A DNA stretch of 64,000 nt from Candidatus Eremiobacteria bacterium (GTDB taxonomy: Bacteria > Vulcanimicrobiota > Vulcanimicrobiia > Vulcanimicrobiales > Vulcanimicrobiaceae): contig CAVTRC010000002.1 in NCBI GenBank assembly GCA_963737065.1, positions 128,001-192,000 on the forward strand, in the 5' to 3' direction. The stretch's first letter is position 1, and every line of letters begins with the position of its first letter. The notes beneath the pieces were generated by a model that did not search any database, was not told where the DNA came from, and saw only the letters and a list, made by a program, of their open reading frames with translations. Shown piece after piece: positions 1 to 10,487 of the stretch. A program made the position numbers and the translations under genes.

Positions 1-248
1 CCTGCGGAAACGAATTATTTTCCTCAGATTCAAAATTCGACTCGCATTGCGGATGGCCGTCGTTCACCCATCCCGAGCAACAGAAAAACGTGCGCCTCGT
101 AGAAGACCGCAGCCACGGCATGCTTCGCACCGAAGTGCGATGCGCGCGTTGCGATTCGCATCTCGGCCATGTCTTCGATGACGGACCCGGTCCGCGTGGG
201 ACGCGGTACTGCATCAACTCGCTCTCGCTCGACTTCAAGGGGCGGTGA
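1..248 (+). CDS. msrB: Peptide-methionine (R)-S-oxide reductase, 3' part (truncated by window edge)
   Basis: Manual translation from nt 3 gives [21 protein letters not shown]...[21 protein letters not shown]...RYCINS, with TGA at 246-248. These are the MsrB signature motifs. Confidence 0.95.
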   Translation, partial: CGNELFSSDSKFDSHCGWPSFTHPEQQKNVRLVEDRSHGMLRTEVRCARCDSHLGHVFDDGPGPRGTRYCINSLSLDFKGR

Positions 249-885
249 TGTCGGGTGCGCTTTCCGGGCGCGATTCGAGCGTGCCGGTGGTCGTGGTTGT
301 TTCGTGGAATGGGCGCGACGTCTGCTGCCAGCATTCCGAGATAGCTTGACGGCTGCGATCGACGGTTGCCGAATCGATTGTGAGTCCGTTCGTCTGCAAT
401 TCGCGGATAACGATCCCTGGGACGTATTCGCCGATCTTCATGATGGCGTTCGCGTAGTCCGCGAGGTGCCGTTTGGCGACCTCCGCAATGTCGCGGTCGT
501 TCATTGCATCCGCGGTCGTTATCAACTCCGAATATACGATCGTGCAGAGCGCGAGCGCCGTGTAGTCGTCTCGCATCGACTTCGACACATTCGATGCATT
601 CGATTTTCGAATCTTATCGAACGCGCCCGTTAGCGCGCCTTCGACTTGCGTCACGGCGCTCTTGATCGGCGATGCTTCACTGCCGCCAAGCCGCTCCAAT
701 TGCGCGACGAGTGCGTCGATGTGCATGTCCGAGAGCGCCACGAGACGCGTGACGACGTCTGCAGCATCGGAGTATTCCATCACGTCTTTGTCGGTATGCT
801 GTGTGTCGAAAGATTTACGAATGTCGCGCTCGAGCGCCAACACGTCCCTCACATACGTGGCGAGGCTTTGCTGCTCGTTTCCCAT
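235..885 (-). CDS. Ferritin-like domain stress protein (DUF892/YciF-like)
   Basis: 216 aa helical ORF with ferritin-like pattern (DVLALERDI...HIDAL...MRDDY...Y..L...A). Confidence 0.65.
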   Translation of the reverse strand: MGNEQQSLATYVRDVLALERDIRKSFDTQHTDKDVMEYSDAADVVTRLVALSDMHIDALVAQLERLGGSEASPIKSAVTQVEGALTGAFDKIRKSNASNVSKSMRDDYTALALCTIVYSELITTADAMNDRDIAEVAKRHLADYANAIMKIGEYVPGIVIRELQTNGLTIDSATVDRSRQAISECWQQTSRPFHETTTTTGTLESRPESAPDITAP

Positions 886-895
886 GGCGACGTTC

Positions 896-921
896 TACCC
901 GGCGAGATAGCAGGCGAAAGC
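896..921 (-). promoter_or_regulatory. Putative SigB/SigF-type promoter
   Basis: Minus strand reads GCTTT-N16-GGGTA, 10 nt before the ATG at 885. Confidence 0.5.
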
Positions 922-996
922 GATTGTCGTCCTGCGAACGAACGCACTCTCGTCGGGCCGTCGCTTGCTACAATGAGCGAAAAGGAGTTGCTCGAT

Positions 997-1317
997 ATGG
1001 CGGTTTTCGATCGCATGACCACGCCCGATATTTCGCGGCGTGAGGAAATGGCATTCCAGCTAGCGATCCTTCAGGACGCCTCGCGCCAGGCGGACGAGTA
1101 CTGGGGAAACTGGCTTTGGCGCCGCGATCAACCGTCATACGGTCCGAGCGGCGCACTGATCGACGCACTGTGCGACCGTTATGATATCGCGACGATCAAG
1201 GGCGCGTGGCTGAAGTGGTTCGACGTGTTAACCAGTTGGGAATTCGTCGACGCGCTTACCGGACGCGATATCCGAGGGATGCTGGACGAAACCGAACTCT
1301 TTCGATCAGCGCGCTGA
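997..1317 (+). CDS. Hypothetical Trp-rich protein
   Basis: AAGGAG RBS at 982-987 before ATG 997, with a TACAAT -10-like element upstream. No family recognised. Confidence 0.6.
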   Translation: MAVFDRMTTPDISRREEMAFQLAILQDASRQADEYWGNWLWRRDQPSYGPSGALIDALCDRYDIATIKGAWLKWFDVLTSWEFVDALTGRDIRGMLDETELFRSAR

Positions 1318-1656
1318 AGAGTCGTTCGATCCACTCGCGTAGGTAGCCGAGTACCGCGGAGCTTCGCCCGGCGCGTCGCATAACAGCACGACGGGTTTCG
1401 AAGCCGGACGTGAGCAGACCGGCAAGCATAAGCTCGGCTGTCCGGTCGGCGAGCAAAAGTGCACCAGCGCACGCAAGTCGGTGCACGACGCACACTGGCG
1501 TTGCCATGTTCGTAGCTGATCTTTTTTTGCCGAACTAGCAGCGCGCGTCTGCGCTTTGAGAAGTTGGTCATCCGTACTGCATCGCCGTTTCTGTACGGAC
1601 GGCAGTGTTTGCTTGCGACTTCTTGCGGGAACGAACGTCGCAAGCCGCCGGGAGGA

Positions 1657-2451
1657 ATGCACTTGTACGAAGTCCAGCGCGGGTCGCGGAGCGTCATTGG
1701 AACGACCGCGATGCAGCAGCATGCGATGTTCGGCAACCACCTGTTGGATGCGCTGCCGCGAGAAGAGGTCGCGCGCTTATCTGCGCATCTTCGCCGGGTC
1801 TTTCTTCATCGCGGGCAAGTTCTCGCATCGCCGGGTGAAGCTGCGGAATTCGTTTACTTCCCGATCGATGCACTTCTATGGAGCTGGACGACGACGACGG
1901 GCGCGGAGCGGCCAACATCGTTGTTGACGACCGGCCGGCGCGGCGCGATGTCGCTCGACAGTTTGCTCGAATTGCCGTCCACGCACGGTCACGTTGCGGT
2001 TCTTTCACCAGGCAGTGCATGGCGCGTCTCGTGCACGGCACTCGAAACGCTCTCGCACGCGAACGATTCGCCGATACGCCGCATTCTCACTCGCTTCGCA
2101 TATGCATCTTTCGCCGTGTGTGCATACCGGCTGGCATGCAATTCCGAACACAACGTCGATCGCCGGCTCGCGCGCTGGCTGCTGTTCATTATGGACGAAA
2201 CAGGGAAGCCGGAAGCCTCGCTGACGCACCAGCAGATTGCCGACGTTGCGGCAATCCGCCGTCCCTCCGTTTCGCTCGCTTTCTCGGATCTCCAACGTCG
2301 CGGGATCGTCCGCGTGCATCACGGGCTCGTGCAAATCCTCGATCGCGAACGGTTGGAGCGCGAAACGTGCCCCTGTTATACGGCGATTCGCGGCGCACTT
2401 GACGATGCGTTGACGTGCGAAAACGTTGCGGAGCTTAGTGCCAGCGGATAA
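1657..2451 (+). CDS. Crp/Fnr family transcriptional regulator (start uncertain: 1564, 1657 or 1711)
   Basis: NHLLDALP...VYFP cNMP-like domain, then RLARWLL...LTHQQIADVAAIRRPSVS HTH and a CPCY tail. Confidence 0.9.
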   Translation: MHLYEVQRGSRSVIGTTAMQQHAMFGNHLLDALPREEVARLSAHLRRVFLHRGQVLASPGEAAEFVYFPIDALLWSWTTTTGAERPTSLLTTGRRGAMSLDSLLELPSTHGHVAVLSPGSAWRVSCTALETLSHANDSPIRRILTRFAYASFAVCAYRLACNSEHNVDRRLARWLLFIMDETGKPEASLTHQQIADVAAIRRPSVSLAFSDLQRRGIVRVHHGLVQILDRERLERETCPCYTAIRGALDDALTCENVAELSASG

Positions 2452-3679
2452 ACGCGAGCGACGCGATCGTGATGACCGCGGTCACGACCCATCCCGCCGT
2501 CGCGAGCCACGCCGGCGCGATATTCCCGGACATCGTCCGTTCGGAACGACTGAGCATCACCAGTAAACCGAGCGTTACCGGCGTTCCGAAGCCGCCGGCA
2601 ATGGATGCCCAAAAGAGCAATTTGATGGGTGGTATGTGGAGCAATGCAAGCGCCGTTGCCGTCGCGACGCCGACAAATAATGTTGCATAAAAACGTCGCG
2701 CTTCGCGCCAGCCTTTATCGAGCGAGCCACCCCAGCGGAACGTTGAGCTTACTGCGCTAGCCGTCCCCGCGGCGAGCACGGGGAGCGCTAGCATCGCCGA
2801 ACCGAATAGTCCGATGCCGAAGATATCCGCAGCCCATTTACCGGCAATCGGCGCGAGCGCTTGCGCGGCCTGTTGCGCGGTGTCAACGCTCTTGTTGTGA
2901 ACGCCCAGCGTCGCAGCCGTTCCGATCAATATGAACCACAAGACCGCGCCGGTGATCACCGTGCCCGGAATCGACGCAAGCTGGAGCGCCCACACGGCGC
3001 GTTTCGGCGGAGCTTCCGCCGCGATTTCTACGGTTTGCCAATAATATGAATAGGTCGTGAGCGATGTGCCGATCAAAGCGATCACGGTTGAAATGAAGTC
3101 GTTGTTGTTGCGCAGCCGCGGAATCAGTCCGCGAGCGACCTCGTGCCAGTTGGGATGAACCAAAAATGTCGTCGCTACGTACGCGAGGAACGCGAGAGGC
3201 ATGACGATGAGCACGCGTCGCACGCGCTCCATCGAGCCGAAGATCAGCAATAGCAAAACGGCGATCGAGATCGGAAGAAGAAACCACACATACGGTATGG
3301 GCGAGAGCAAGTTCAGCGCCGCGGCTCCGGCCTCTAAATCCGCGGCATACGTGATCGTATTTACGAGAAGGATGCACGTTAGCGAAAGCATAGCGATCCA
3401 AAAGCCGTAGCGGCGGCGTACCGCGGACTGCAGGCCTTCGCGGCTCATTGCGGCTACTTGCGTCCCAATCAATTGCACGACCGTAAACATCGGCACGATC
3501 AGTATGACGAGCCATTCAAGCCCGTAGACGAGCGACGCGCCGGCGATTGCAAGCGTTGCGACCGTCGTCGGATCCACGTCGGCCGCCGCGCTGACGATCC
3601 CGGAGACAAACGAAGCCTTCGATGCTTCGAGCGCCTCGGGGTCTTGCAGAATTTGACCGAGAGTCTCTTCGTTTTCCAA
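2435..3679 (-). CDS. Nramp-family divalent metal cation transporter
   Basis: Multi-TM protein with AADVDP (DPGN-like) and GTSLTTYSYYWQ motifs. Confidence 0.85.
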   Translation of the reverse strand: MENEETLGQILQDPEALEASKASFVSGIVSAAADVDPTTVATLAIAGASLVYGLEWLVILIVPMFTVVQLIGTQVAAMSREGLQSAVRRRYGFWIAMLSLTCILLVNTITYAADLEAGAAALNLLSPIPYVWFLLPISIAVLLLLIFGSMERVRRVLIVMPLAFLAYVATTFLVHPNWHEVARGLIPRLRNNNDFISTVIALIGTSLTTYSYYWQTVEIAAEAPPKRAVWALQLASIPGTVITGAVLWFILIGTAATLGVHNKSVDTAQQAAQALAPIAGKWAADIFGIGLFGSAMLALPVLAAGTASAVSSTFRWGGSLDKGWREARRFYATLFVGVATATALALLHIPPIKLLFWASIAGGFGTPVTLGLLVMLSRSERTMSGNIAPAWLATAGWVVTAVITIASLAFIRWH

Positions 3680-3682
3680 ACG

Positions 3683-4864
3683 CTATGCCGTCACGAGACG
3701 TTGGGCGTGGACATGGCGGTCGGGCGTCGCGGCGGTTGACGGTAAGAGTTCGACCTTTAACCAACCCGGTTCGTGCCGGTCGAAGCATTCATAGGCCGAA
3801 ATCGCGTCCGTCATCGGCTGCCGCTTCGTGAGTAGACGCGCCGGTGAAATCGTCCCGTCTGCCACCATACGAACGAGCTTCGGCAAGTAGCGGCGGTGCG
3901 GGCAGTCGCCCATGCGAATCGTGAGATTCTTCCCGAACGCTTTGCCGATCGGAAATTGCGTCTGCGTTGCCGGATAAACGCCGATCAGCGAGACGTGCCC
4001 TGCTTTTGCAGCCATTTCGACCGCCCATTCCAGCGCCTGCGACGGCGCGTTGCCGGGCGCGAACCGTTTGCTCGGGGGTCCGGATTCGCTGTACGCGTCG
4101 ATGCCGACGGCATCGATGACGCAATCCGCTCCGATGCCGGCCGTAACCGATTTGACACTTTCCACCGGATCGCTCTGCGCGAAATCGATCGTCTCCGCGC
4201 CCTGTGCACGCGCCATGTCCAGACGATCCTCGACGCAGTCGATCGCAACGATGCGTCCGGCATCCATCAGTTTTGCGCTCGCGATCGCGAGTTGTCCGAC
4301 CGGTCCGCAGCCAAGTACGATCACGAGGTGGCCGGGTTTGATCGACGCCATATCTGCGGCGAAGTACGACGTCGGAAAGATATCGGAGAGGACGATCGCA
4401 TCATCATCGCTCACTTCGTCTGGAAGCTTTATTGCGCCGACGTTTGCAAACGGGATGCGCGCGTATTCCGCTTGCAACCCGTCAATGCCGCCGGCTTCTT
4501 CAGGTCCACCGAAAAATGCGGTGTTCTGAGGATTCTTCGAATTGGCGTTATTGCATTTGGAGTAATACGATGCACGGCAATAGGAGCAGTTACCGCAAGC
4601 GATCGTCGAACCGACGACGACGCGGTCGCCCGGCTTGAGGTTACGGCACGCGTCGCCGGCTTCTTCAACGATGCCAACGGCTTCATGGCCGATAATGCGG
4701 CCCTTTTTCATTCCGGGAAACGAGCCGCGCACGAAATGTAGATCGGTGCCACAGATCGCGCTCGCCGTAATGCGGATGATCGCGTCGGTCGGTTCTTGGA
4801 TGCGCGGGTCAGGAACGTCATCGAGTCGGACGTCTCCCACGCCGTGATAGACGACGGCTTTCAA
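3683..4864 (-). CDS. Zinc-dependent alcohol dehydrogenase (formaldehyde-dehydrogenase-like MDR)
   Basis: CGTDLH, GHEAVG, CGNCSYC, SDIFPT and GCGPVG motifs. Confidence 0.92.
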   Translation of the reverse strand: MKAVVYHGVGDVRLDDVPDPRIQEPTDAIIRITASAICGTDLHFVRGSFPGMKKGRIIGHEAVGIVEEAGDACRNLKPGDRVVVGSTIACGNCSYCRASYYSKCNNANSKNPQNTAFFGGPEEAGGIDGLQAEYARIPFANVGAIKLPDEVSDDDAIVLSDIFPTSYFAADMASIKPGHLVIVLGCGPVGQLAIASAKLMDAGRIVAIDCVEDRLDMARAQGAETIDFAQSDPVESVKSVTAGIGADCVIDAVGIDAYSESGPPSKRFAPGNAPSQALEWAVEMAAKAGHVSLIGVYPATQTQFPIGKAFGKNLTIRMGDCPHRRYLPKLVRMVADGTISPARLLTKRQPMTDAISAYECFDRHEPGWLKVELLPSTAATPDRHVHAQRLVTA

Positions 4865-4885
4865 GCGTTACCTCACAGAGGGAAG

Positions 4886-5269
4886 CTACGGATTCGGATT
4901 CGTAAGCGGTGTGTTTTGATCGTAAATCAGCTTCCAGTCGTCGCCGTCGCGCACGAATAGCAGAAACAGAAGAAAACGGGTGAGACCTTGCGGCGTCGAA
5001 TATCGGATCGACGTCAGCGCCCACGCTGAATCGTCGCGTTCTTGCGTCCATAAGATCGACGGCTCGAAAACCCAACCGCCCTCGATAAACCAGCCTCGGT
5101 GCGCGGCCACCGCATCGTCATACCCGTGAATGATCGATCCCGTCGGCCCGATCAAGCGGACGTCATGATGCAGCGTGCGCGCGAACCGTTCGATATCGCG
5201 AGACGAAATTGCCGCGAGATGCTCGTTCAGCGCCGTGCCGAACGCACTCTGACGGTCAATCATGGCCAA
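4886..5269 (-). CDS. SnoaL/NTF2-like (DUF4440) protein
   Basis: 127 aa; HLAAISSRD...GDDWKLIYDQNT is typical of the NTF2 fold. Confidence 0.75.
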   Translation of the reverse strand: MAMIDRQSAFGTALNEHLAAISSRDIERFARTLHHDVRLIGPTGSIIHGYDDAVAAHRGWFIEGGWVFEPSILWTQERDDSAWALTSIRYSTPQGLTRFLLFLLFVRDGDDWKLIYDQNTPLTNPNP

Positions 5270-5988
5270 GATGTCTCCTCATTGGGGCAAATGAGCAATT
5301 CGCGAACGTCGCATCCTTTCGGTTGCGAGAGCGCAAAGACGACCGCGTTTGCAACGTCCGACGGAGCGTTCAGCTGCGCGTCGGGCCCCGGCTGATACTG
5401 AGGATCGCGGCCGTCGAAGAATGACGTGCGCATTCCGCCGGGGATGAGCAGCGTGATGCCGACCCGTCCCTTCAGTTCCGCCGAGAGCGCGCGCGTGAAT
5501 CCCACGACACCGAACTTGCTGGCGCAGTACGCCGAGGCGTCCGAAAGCGCGCGTAATCCGAGCGTTGAAGCGACCGTCACGATTCGCCCGTGATCTTTTT
5601 CGAGATAGGGAAGCGCCGCGCGAACCAGTGCCGCAGTGCCCACCAGGTTGACGGTGATGACGCGTTGCCATTGCTCGAACGGAACTTTATCGAACGGCCC
5701 GCACGCGTCGATCCCCGCATTGGCGACGATGCCGCTCAAACCGCCGTATTTCTCCGCAGCGTCGTCGACCGCGCGTTGAACCGACGCAACATCGCTGACG
5801 TCGACCTTGTGATATTCGTGCCGGTCGCGTGACTCGCGTACGTCGAGAACGACCGGCGTTCCGCCGGCATCTGCGATCGCGTCCGCAACCGCCGCGCCGA
5901 GTCCCGACGCCGCGCCGGTCACGACATATGCGCCACGCAGCGTACGGCGTAGTGTGGTGCCGACCGAATCACGAGCGATCGTTTCCAT
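5260..5988 (-). CDS. Short-chain dehydrogenase/reductase
   Basis: TGAASGLG, NAG and YCASK motifs. Confidence 0.93.
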   Translation of the reverse strand: METIARDSVGTTLRRTLRGAYVVTGAASGLGAAVADAIADAGGTPVVLDVRESRDRHEYHKVDVSDVASVQRAVDDAAEKYGGLSGIVANAGIDACGPFDKVPFEQWQRVITVNLVGTAALVRAALPYLEKDHGRIVTVASTLGLRALSDASAYCASKFGVVGFTRALSAELKGRVGITLLIPGGMRTSFFDGRDPQYQPGPDAQLNAPSDVANAVVFALSQPKGCDVRELLICPNEETSWP

Positions 5989-6009
5989 GACGTTGATATC
6001 TCCTTCGCG

Positions 6010-7215
6010 TTACGACAGTGAAAGACGATTGATGACGTTTGCCGTTATCTGCACGACCGTTGGTTCCAACGAGCCCAATGCGCGTGCCCAATCGACCGTT
6101 CCGGCGGTAAAGAGCGTTCCCTGTCGTTCGAGCACTCCGAGCGTTGCGTGTGCGTCGTCGTTGACTTCACCGGATCCGTCTTGCACGGGCCAATGCGCAA
6201 TGCTCGCTTCTGCGAGCGCGGTGAATTCCGGCGGCGGCGAAACCGGTGATCCGTCGCACTCATACCCAATCACGCGCTCCTCTTCACCAAAGACGTCGCC
6301 CGTCTGCACGGGACACTTTTCAAAAATCCAATGTGGAGACCGCTCGACGCGGAATCCCGTCGGTGGACGACCGCCGATCCATTTCCCGCCGCCGAAGCGG
6401 TAACTTACGCCGAAGGTTCGTTCCTCCGGATCGTCACTCCAACGGCCGGCGCGCGAAAGCCGGCGAGTTGTGTCGTCGTAATCTGCACGGAAGAAGCACG
6501 TGTTGCCCGTAAAGAACGCGGCGTTGCCTCCTGCGTGAACGAACGCATCGAGTTGCGCGCGCATCGGCGCCGTCCAGTATTCGTGATGGCCGAACGCCAG
6601 CAGCAGCCGGTATCCCGAGAGTAGCGAGGGGTTCCGATGGAGGTCGAGATCGCAACAGTAGTCGACCTCATATCCGTTGCGATCTAGCCAAGCGATCGCG
6701 CGCGCGTCCCAATGCGCAAAGCTTTGCCTTGGTGAAGACGGATCGTAAACGTCGATGTTGCGTTCATCCCAGAGATGTCCGCCGATGCCGCCGCCGCATC
6801 GCTCGAGACTCACCGTCTTGCCAAAGTTATAGAGGCACGTGCCGTCCACGTCGAGCTCTTGGCCGACGTTGTATGCGTGGTAGGTGAAAATCGGCACGTT
6901 GTAAAGCGTCGGCGATTGCGGCGTGCGGGAGCGTACCACGAGCAACGCGCGCGCATCGCGCGCGTCCAGCCGCATTTTTCCTTCCCGTGGACGCTGTAGC
7001 ACGATGACGTAGACGCCGGAGCGCCACGTATCGGGTACCTCAATGTCGAGTTGCCGTTCACCAGCCTCGAGCGGCGTGAACGCGTACTCCGGCATGCGTT
7101 CAGGATGAGATCCGATGCGAAAGACGCATAGCGTCGTCCGGTCGTCGGAGCGAACGCACAAACGCGTTCGTTCGCCTTGCGCAACGCTCGGCGGGCTCGC
7201 ATACGCCTCGATCAC
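6010..7215 (-). CDS. N,N-dimethylformamidase beta-subunit-like domain protein
   Basis: WRSGVY, TYHAYN, GHHEYWT, GGNAAFFTGN, IGYECD and FTAGTVDW motifs of this family. Confidence 0.8.
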   Translation of the reverse strand: MIEAYASPPSVAQGERTRLCVRSDDRTTLCVFRIGSHPERMPEYAFTPLEAGERQLDIEVPDTWRSGVYVIVLQRPREGKMRLDARDARALLVVRSRTPQSPTLYNVPIFTYHAYNVGQELDVDGTCLYNFGKTVSLERCGGGIGGHLWDERNIDVYDPSSPRQSFAHWDARAIAWLDRNGYEVDYCCDLDLHRNPSLLSGYRLLLAFGHHEYWTAPMRAQLDAFVHAGGNAAFFTGNTCFFRADYDDTTRRLSRAGRWSDDPEERTFGVSYRFGGGKWIGGRPPTGFRVERSPHWIFEKCPVQTGDVFGEEERVIGYECDGSPVSPPPEFTALAEASIAHWPVQDGSGEVNDDAHATLGVLERQGTLFTAGTVDWARALGSLEPTVVQITANVINRLSLS

Positions 7216-8084
7216 CGCGCGCTCACGCTCCAGACTTCATCGATCCTCCGCTGCAGCGAGATGTCGATCGGATGTCGATTGCTCATGGCCCACGGAAGGC
7301 CGGCGAGTGCGGGCAGCAGCGCCGCGCGCGCGGCGGCATCCCGGCGCGCGCAACGCGCCGCTTCGATGGTCGCGCGCCACGCGCTTGCGCCGCGATAGCG
7401 CATCCATGCTACCCACAGCCGGTTGCGAATGAGCAACTGACGGCGGCGGGCGTCGTCGCGCTCTTCGGAACACGGCGCATGCCGCACGTGCATATCGGCG
7501 AGATAGCGAACGAGCCAACCCCGGCGATGAAGTTCGAGCGCAAGCAACGTCTCCTCACCGCCGATCATGAACCGCCGCTCGTAGCCGCCGCACTGCAGAA
7601 ACACGTCCGTTCGCACCATCGACCCGCCGGCCATGAAAAAGATGATCGGCGACCCCGGTAAACCATCGACGCTTGCGCTGGCAGACATCGCTACGCAGGC
7701 TTCATCGATGCGTCCATTGCGTTCGACGGTTATGCAAGCGTTGAGCAACGCGATGCCGCGATGTGATTCCAACACCTGCACTCCGCGCGCGACCGATCCG
7801 GGGAGCCACCAACTGTCATCGTCGCAGAATGCAATGTACGGCGTTTGCACGTGGCACGCGCCGATCGTGCGCGCGAACGCGCCCTCGTTCGCGCGTAAGG
7901 CGATAACGCGTACGTTGGGAAACGCTTTACAAACGTGAGCGACCGTGCCGTCCGCTGATGCGTTATCGACGACGATCAGATCGGCAACTTCGTCCAGCGT
8001 AACGAGGCGCTCGAGCGTGGCGGACAACTGCGTGCGGCGGTTGCGCGTAGCGATCACGATCGACGTGCGCGCGTCTCTTCTCAT
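7212..8084 (-). CDS. Glycosyltransferase family 2
   Basis: SIVIATRNR, VVDNAS, FCDDD and GGEE motifs; ATGA overlap with the upstream gene. Confidence 0.92.
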   Translation of the reverse strand: MRRDARTSIVIATRNRRTQLSATLERLVTLDEVADLIVVDNASADGTVAHVCKAFPNVRVIALRANEGAFARTIGACHVQTPYIAFCDDDSWWLPGSVARGVQVLESHRGIALLNACITVERNGRIDEACVAMSASASVDGLPGSPIIFFMAGGSMVRTDVFLQCGGYERRFMIGGEETLLALELHRRGWLVRYLADMHVRHAPCSEERDDARRRQLLIRNRLWVAWMRYRGASAWRATIEAARCARRDAAARAALLPALAGLPWAMSNRHPIDISLQRRIDEVWSVSAR

Positions 8085-9022
8085 GCCGGGACGGCCCTCT
8101 TGAACCACGCGACGGTTCGGGCGAGGCCTTCGGACATCGGCGTCTGTGCTCGCCATTTCAAGAGCGCCCGCGCCCGCGCTAAGTCCGGACGGCGTTGGCG
8201 CGGATCGTTCTCCGGAAGCGGTTTATGGCGAATACGTAACGGAACGGCGCAGAGCTCGCTGATCGTGCGCGCAATTTCGAGAATGCTGACCTCTTCATCG
8301 TTGCCGATGTTAATGACCCAATACGCGGGATCGTCGATTGCCGCAAACCGCAGGATCGCTTCAATCAGGTCGTCGACGTAGCACAGCGATCGCGTTTGAC
8401 TGCCGTCGCCAAAAATCGTCATCGGCTGGCCGGTGAGCGCCTCATTGATGAAGGTTGGAACGACGCGCCCGTCATTGCGCCGCATGCGCGGGCCGTACGT
8501 GTTGAAAATTCGAACCATCCTCGCGTCCAAGGCGGTGGTTCTGCGGTACGCGGCGATTACTGCTTCGCCGTACCGTTTCGCTTCGTCATAACACGAGCGC
8601 GGGCCAATGGAATTGACATTGCCAAAATACGGCTCACGTTGCGGATGTTCGAGAGGGTCGCCGTAAACCTCCGACGTCGATGCGTACAGCACGCGCGCTC
8701 CGTGACGCAGGGCGGTCTCGCAGCAGAGTTCCGTCCCACGCGAATTGACGCGCAGCGTAGGGAGCGGACGTTGCGCATAGTCGACCGGACTTGCCGGCGA
8801 AGCAAAGTGAAAAATGATGTCGACACGCTCGAGTTCCGGAAGCTTTTCGCTGACGTCGGCTTCGACGAAGCGGAACCGGTCATCTTCGAGAATCGTCGAG
8901 AGATTGGAAATGTCGCCCGTGATGAGATCGTCGACCCCGATCACTTCATGCCCTTCGCGAAGCAGCGCTGCGCAAAGATGCGAACCGACGAACCCTGCCC
9001 CGCCGGTAACCAGTGCGATCAT
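8081..9022 (-). CDS. NAD-dependent epimerase/dehydratase, UDP-glucuronate decarboxylase (UXS) type
   Basis: TGGAGFVG, ASPASP, STSEVYGDP, YDEAKR and RIFNTYGPRM motifs. Confidence 0.92.
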   Translation of the reverse strand: MIALVTGGAGFVGSHLCAALLREGHEVIGVDDLITGDISNLSTILEDDRFRFVEADVSEKLPELERVDIIFHFASPASPVDYAQRPLPTLRVNSRGTELCCETALRHGARVLYASTSEVYGDPLEHPQREPYFGNVNSIGPRSCYDEAKRYGEAVIAAYRRTTALDARMVRIFNTYGPRMRRNDGRVVPTFINEALTGQPMTIFGDGSQTRSLCYVDDLIEAILRFAAIDDPAYWVINIGNDEEVSILEIARTISELCAVPLRIRHKPLPENDPRQRRPDLARARALLKWRAQTPMSEGLARTVAWFKRAVPA

Positions 9023-10335
9023 GCGGAGATTGCCGCCCGTGCCGGCCGAGCGACGCCATAGTACGAGAAACCCACGCCACGGAGCCGGCCGGCGTCTAAC
9101 GCATTGCGCATATCGAAGAGATTGGCGCCATTCATCGACTCGTAAACGCGACGCCAATCCAGCGATCGGTATTCGTTCCACGGCGTCGCAACGATCACGT
9201 ACTGTGCGCCGTCCGCGGCGTCGTACGGCGTTGCCGCGTATTCGACCGCGTCTCGCAACACGCGCCGCGCGGACGCCGTAGCGGCGGGATCGTGAACGCG
9301 CAGTGCGGCTCCGCGAGTTGCAAGCGCTCGCGCAAGAGCGATTGCAGGCGATTCGCGGACGTCGTCGGTGTCCGGTTTAAAGCTCAAGCCGAGAAGCGCA
9401 CCGCGGCTTCCGTCAAGTTCGCCGATGCGCGCTTGGATTGTCGTGACCGCGCGCGCGATCTGGCGGCGGTTGACGTCGAGAACGGCGTCGAGCATTGCGG
9501 GCTCGATCGCATGCGCGCGGGCGACATGCGCAAGCGCACTCACGTCCTTCGGCAGGCACGAGCCGCCGAAACCGATTCCAGGCTGCATGTACTGCTTGCC
9601 GATCCGGCGGTCATACGCAATGCCGGCCAAGACGTCGTCAACATCTGCGCCGACCGCCTCGCAGATGTTCGAAAGCTCGTTCACAAAGGAAAGCTTCGTC
9701 GCCAGAAACGCGTTTGCGGCGTACTTGATCATTTCGGCCGTGTGTGGTTTGACGACCAAGACCGGCGCGTCGATCGGCGCGTAGACGCTTTTCAAAATCG
9801 CAGCTGCTTGCGAATCGTCCGTGCCGATCACGATCCGGTCGGGATGCATGAAATCGTCGACCGCGCTACCTTCTCGCAAGAACTCCGGATTCGATGCGAC
9901 CATGAATCGTCGTCCGGTTCCGTAGCGTTCCAAGAGGCGCGCGACCAGATCTACGGTTTCGACGGGTACCGTCGACTTGTTGACGACGAGCAAATCGCAC
10001 GAGGCATACGTGGCGATCTCTTTCGCCGCTTGGCGAACGTATGTCAGATCTGCGTCGCCGAGCGGACCGACGGGCGTGCCGACTGCGATGAAAACGATTT
10101 CGCGTCCCGCGAGTGCATCCGCCGCTGACGGCACAAACCGCAAGGTTCCTTCTTCGACGCTACGATGCACGAGCGCATCGAGCGTCGGTTCATGGAAGGG
10201 AAGTTCGCCTGCGTTCAACATTGCGATCTTCGTAAGATCGGTGTCGTAGGCAACGACGTTATTTCCGAGCCGTGCTAAGCAGGCTGCGGTCACAAGTCCG
10301 ACGTACCCGGTGCCGCAGACGGCGACGGTATGCAT
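9019..10335 (-). CDS. ugd: UDP-glucose 6-dehydrogenase
   Basis: GTGYVG, KSTVP, NPEFLREG, GFGGSCLPKD and FKPDTDDVRES motifs. Confidence 0.95.
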   Translation of the reverse strand: MHTVAVCGTGYVGLVTAACLARLGNNVVAYDTDLTKIAMLNAGELPFHEPTLDALVHRSVEEGTLRFVPSAADALAGREIVFIAVGTPVGPLGDADLTYVRQAAKEIATYASCDLLVVNKSTVPVETVDLVARLLERYGTGRRFMVASNPEFLREGSAVDDFMHPDRIVIGTDDSQAAAILKSVYAPIDAPVLVVKPHTAEMIKYAANAFLATKLSFVNELSNICEAVGADVDDVLAGIAYDRRIGKQYMQPGIGFGGSCLPKDVSALAHVARAHAIEPAMLDAVLDVNRRQIARAVTTIQARIGELDGSRGALLGLSFKPDTDDVRESPAIALARALATRGAALRVHDPAATASARRVLRDAVEYAATPYDAADGAQYVIVATPWNEYRSLDWRRVYESMNGANLFDMRNALDAGRLRGVGFSYYGVARPARAAISA

Positions 10336-10487
10336 GCATGCTATGTTGCCATCCTGCATTTATACGAAGCGGCTTCGGTGCTTTCGCTACATCGTTGTTA
10401 TGTTGCAAACACGGCGTGCGATTCGCGACACGGAACTTGGGAATCGTGCGGAGTAGTACCCCCTTTTACGAAGGACGAGTAAGCGTA

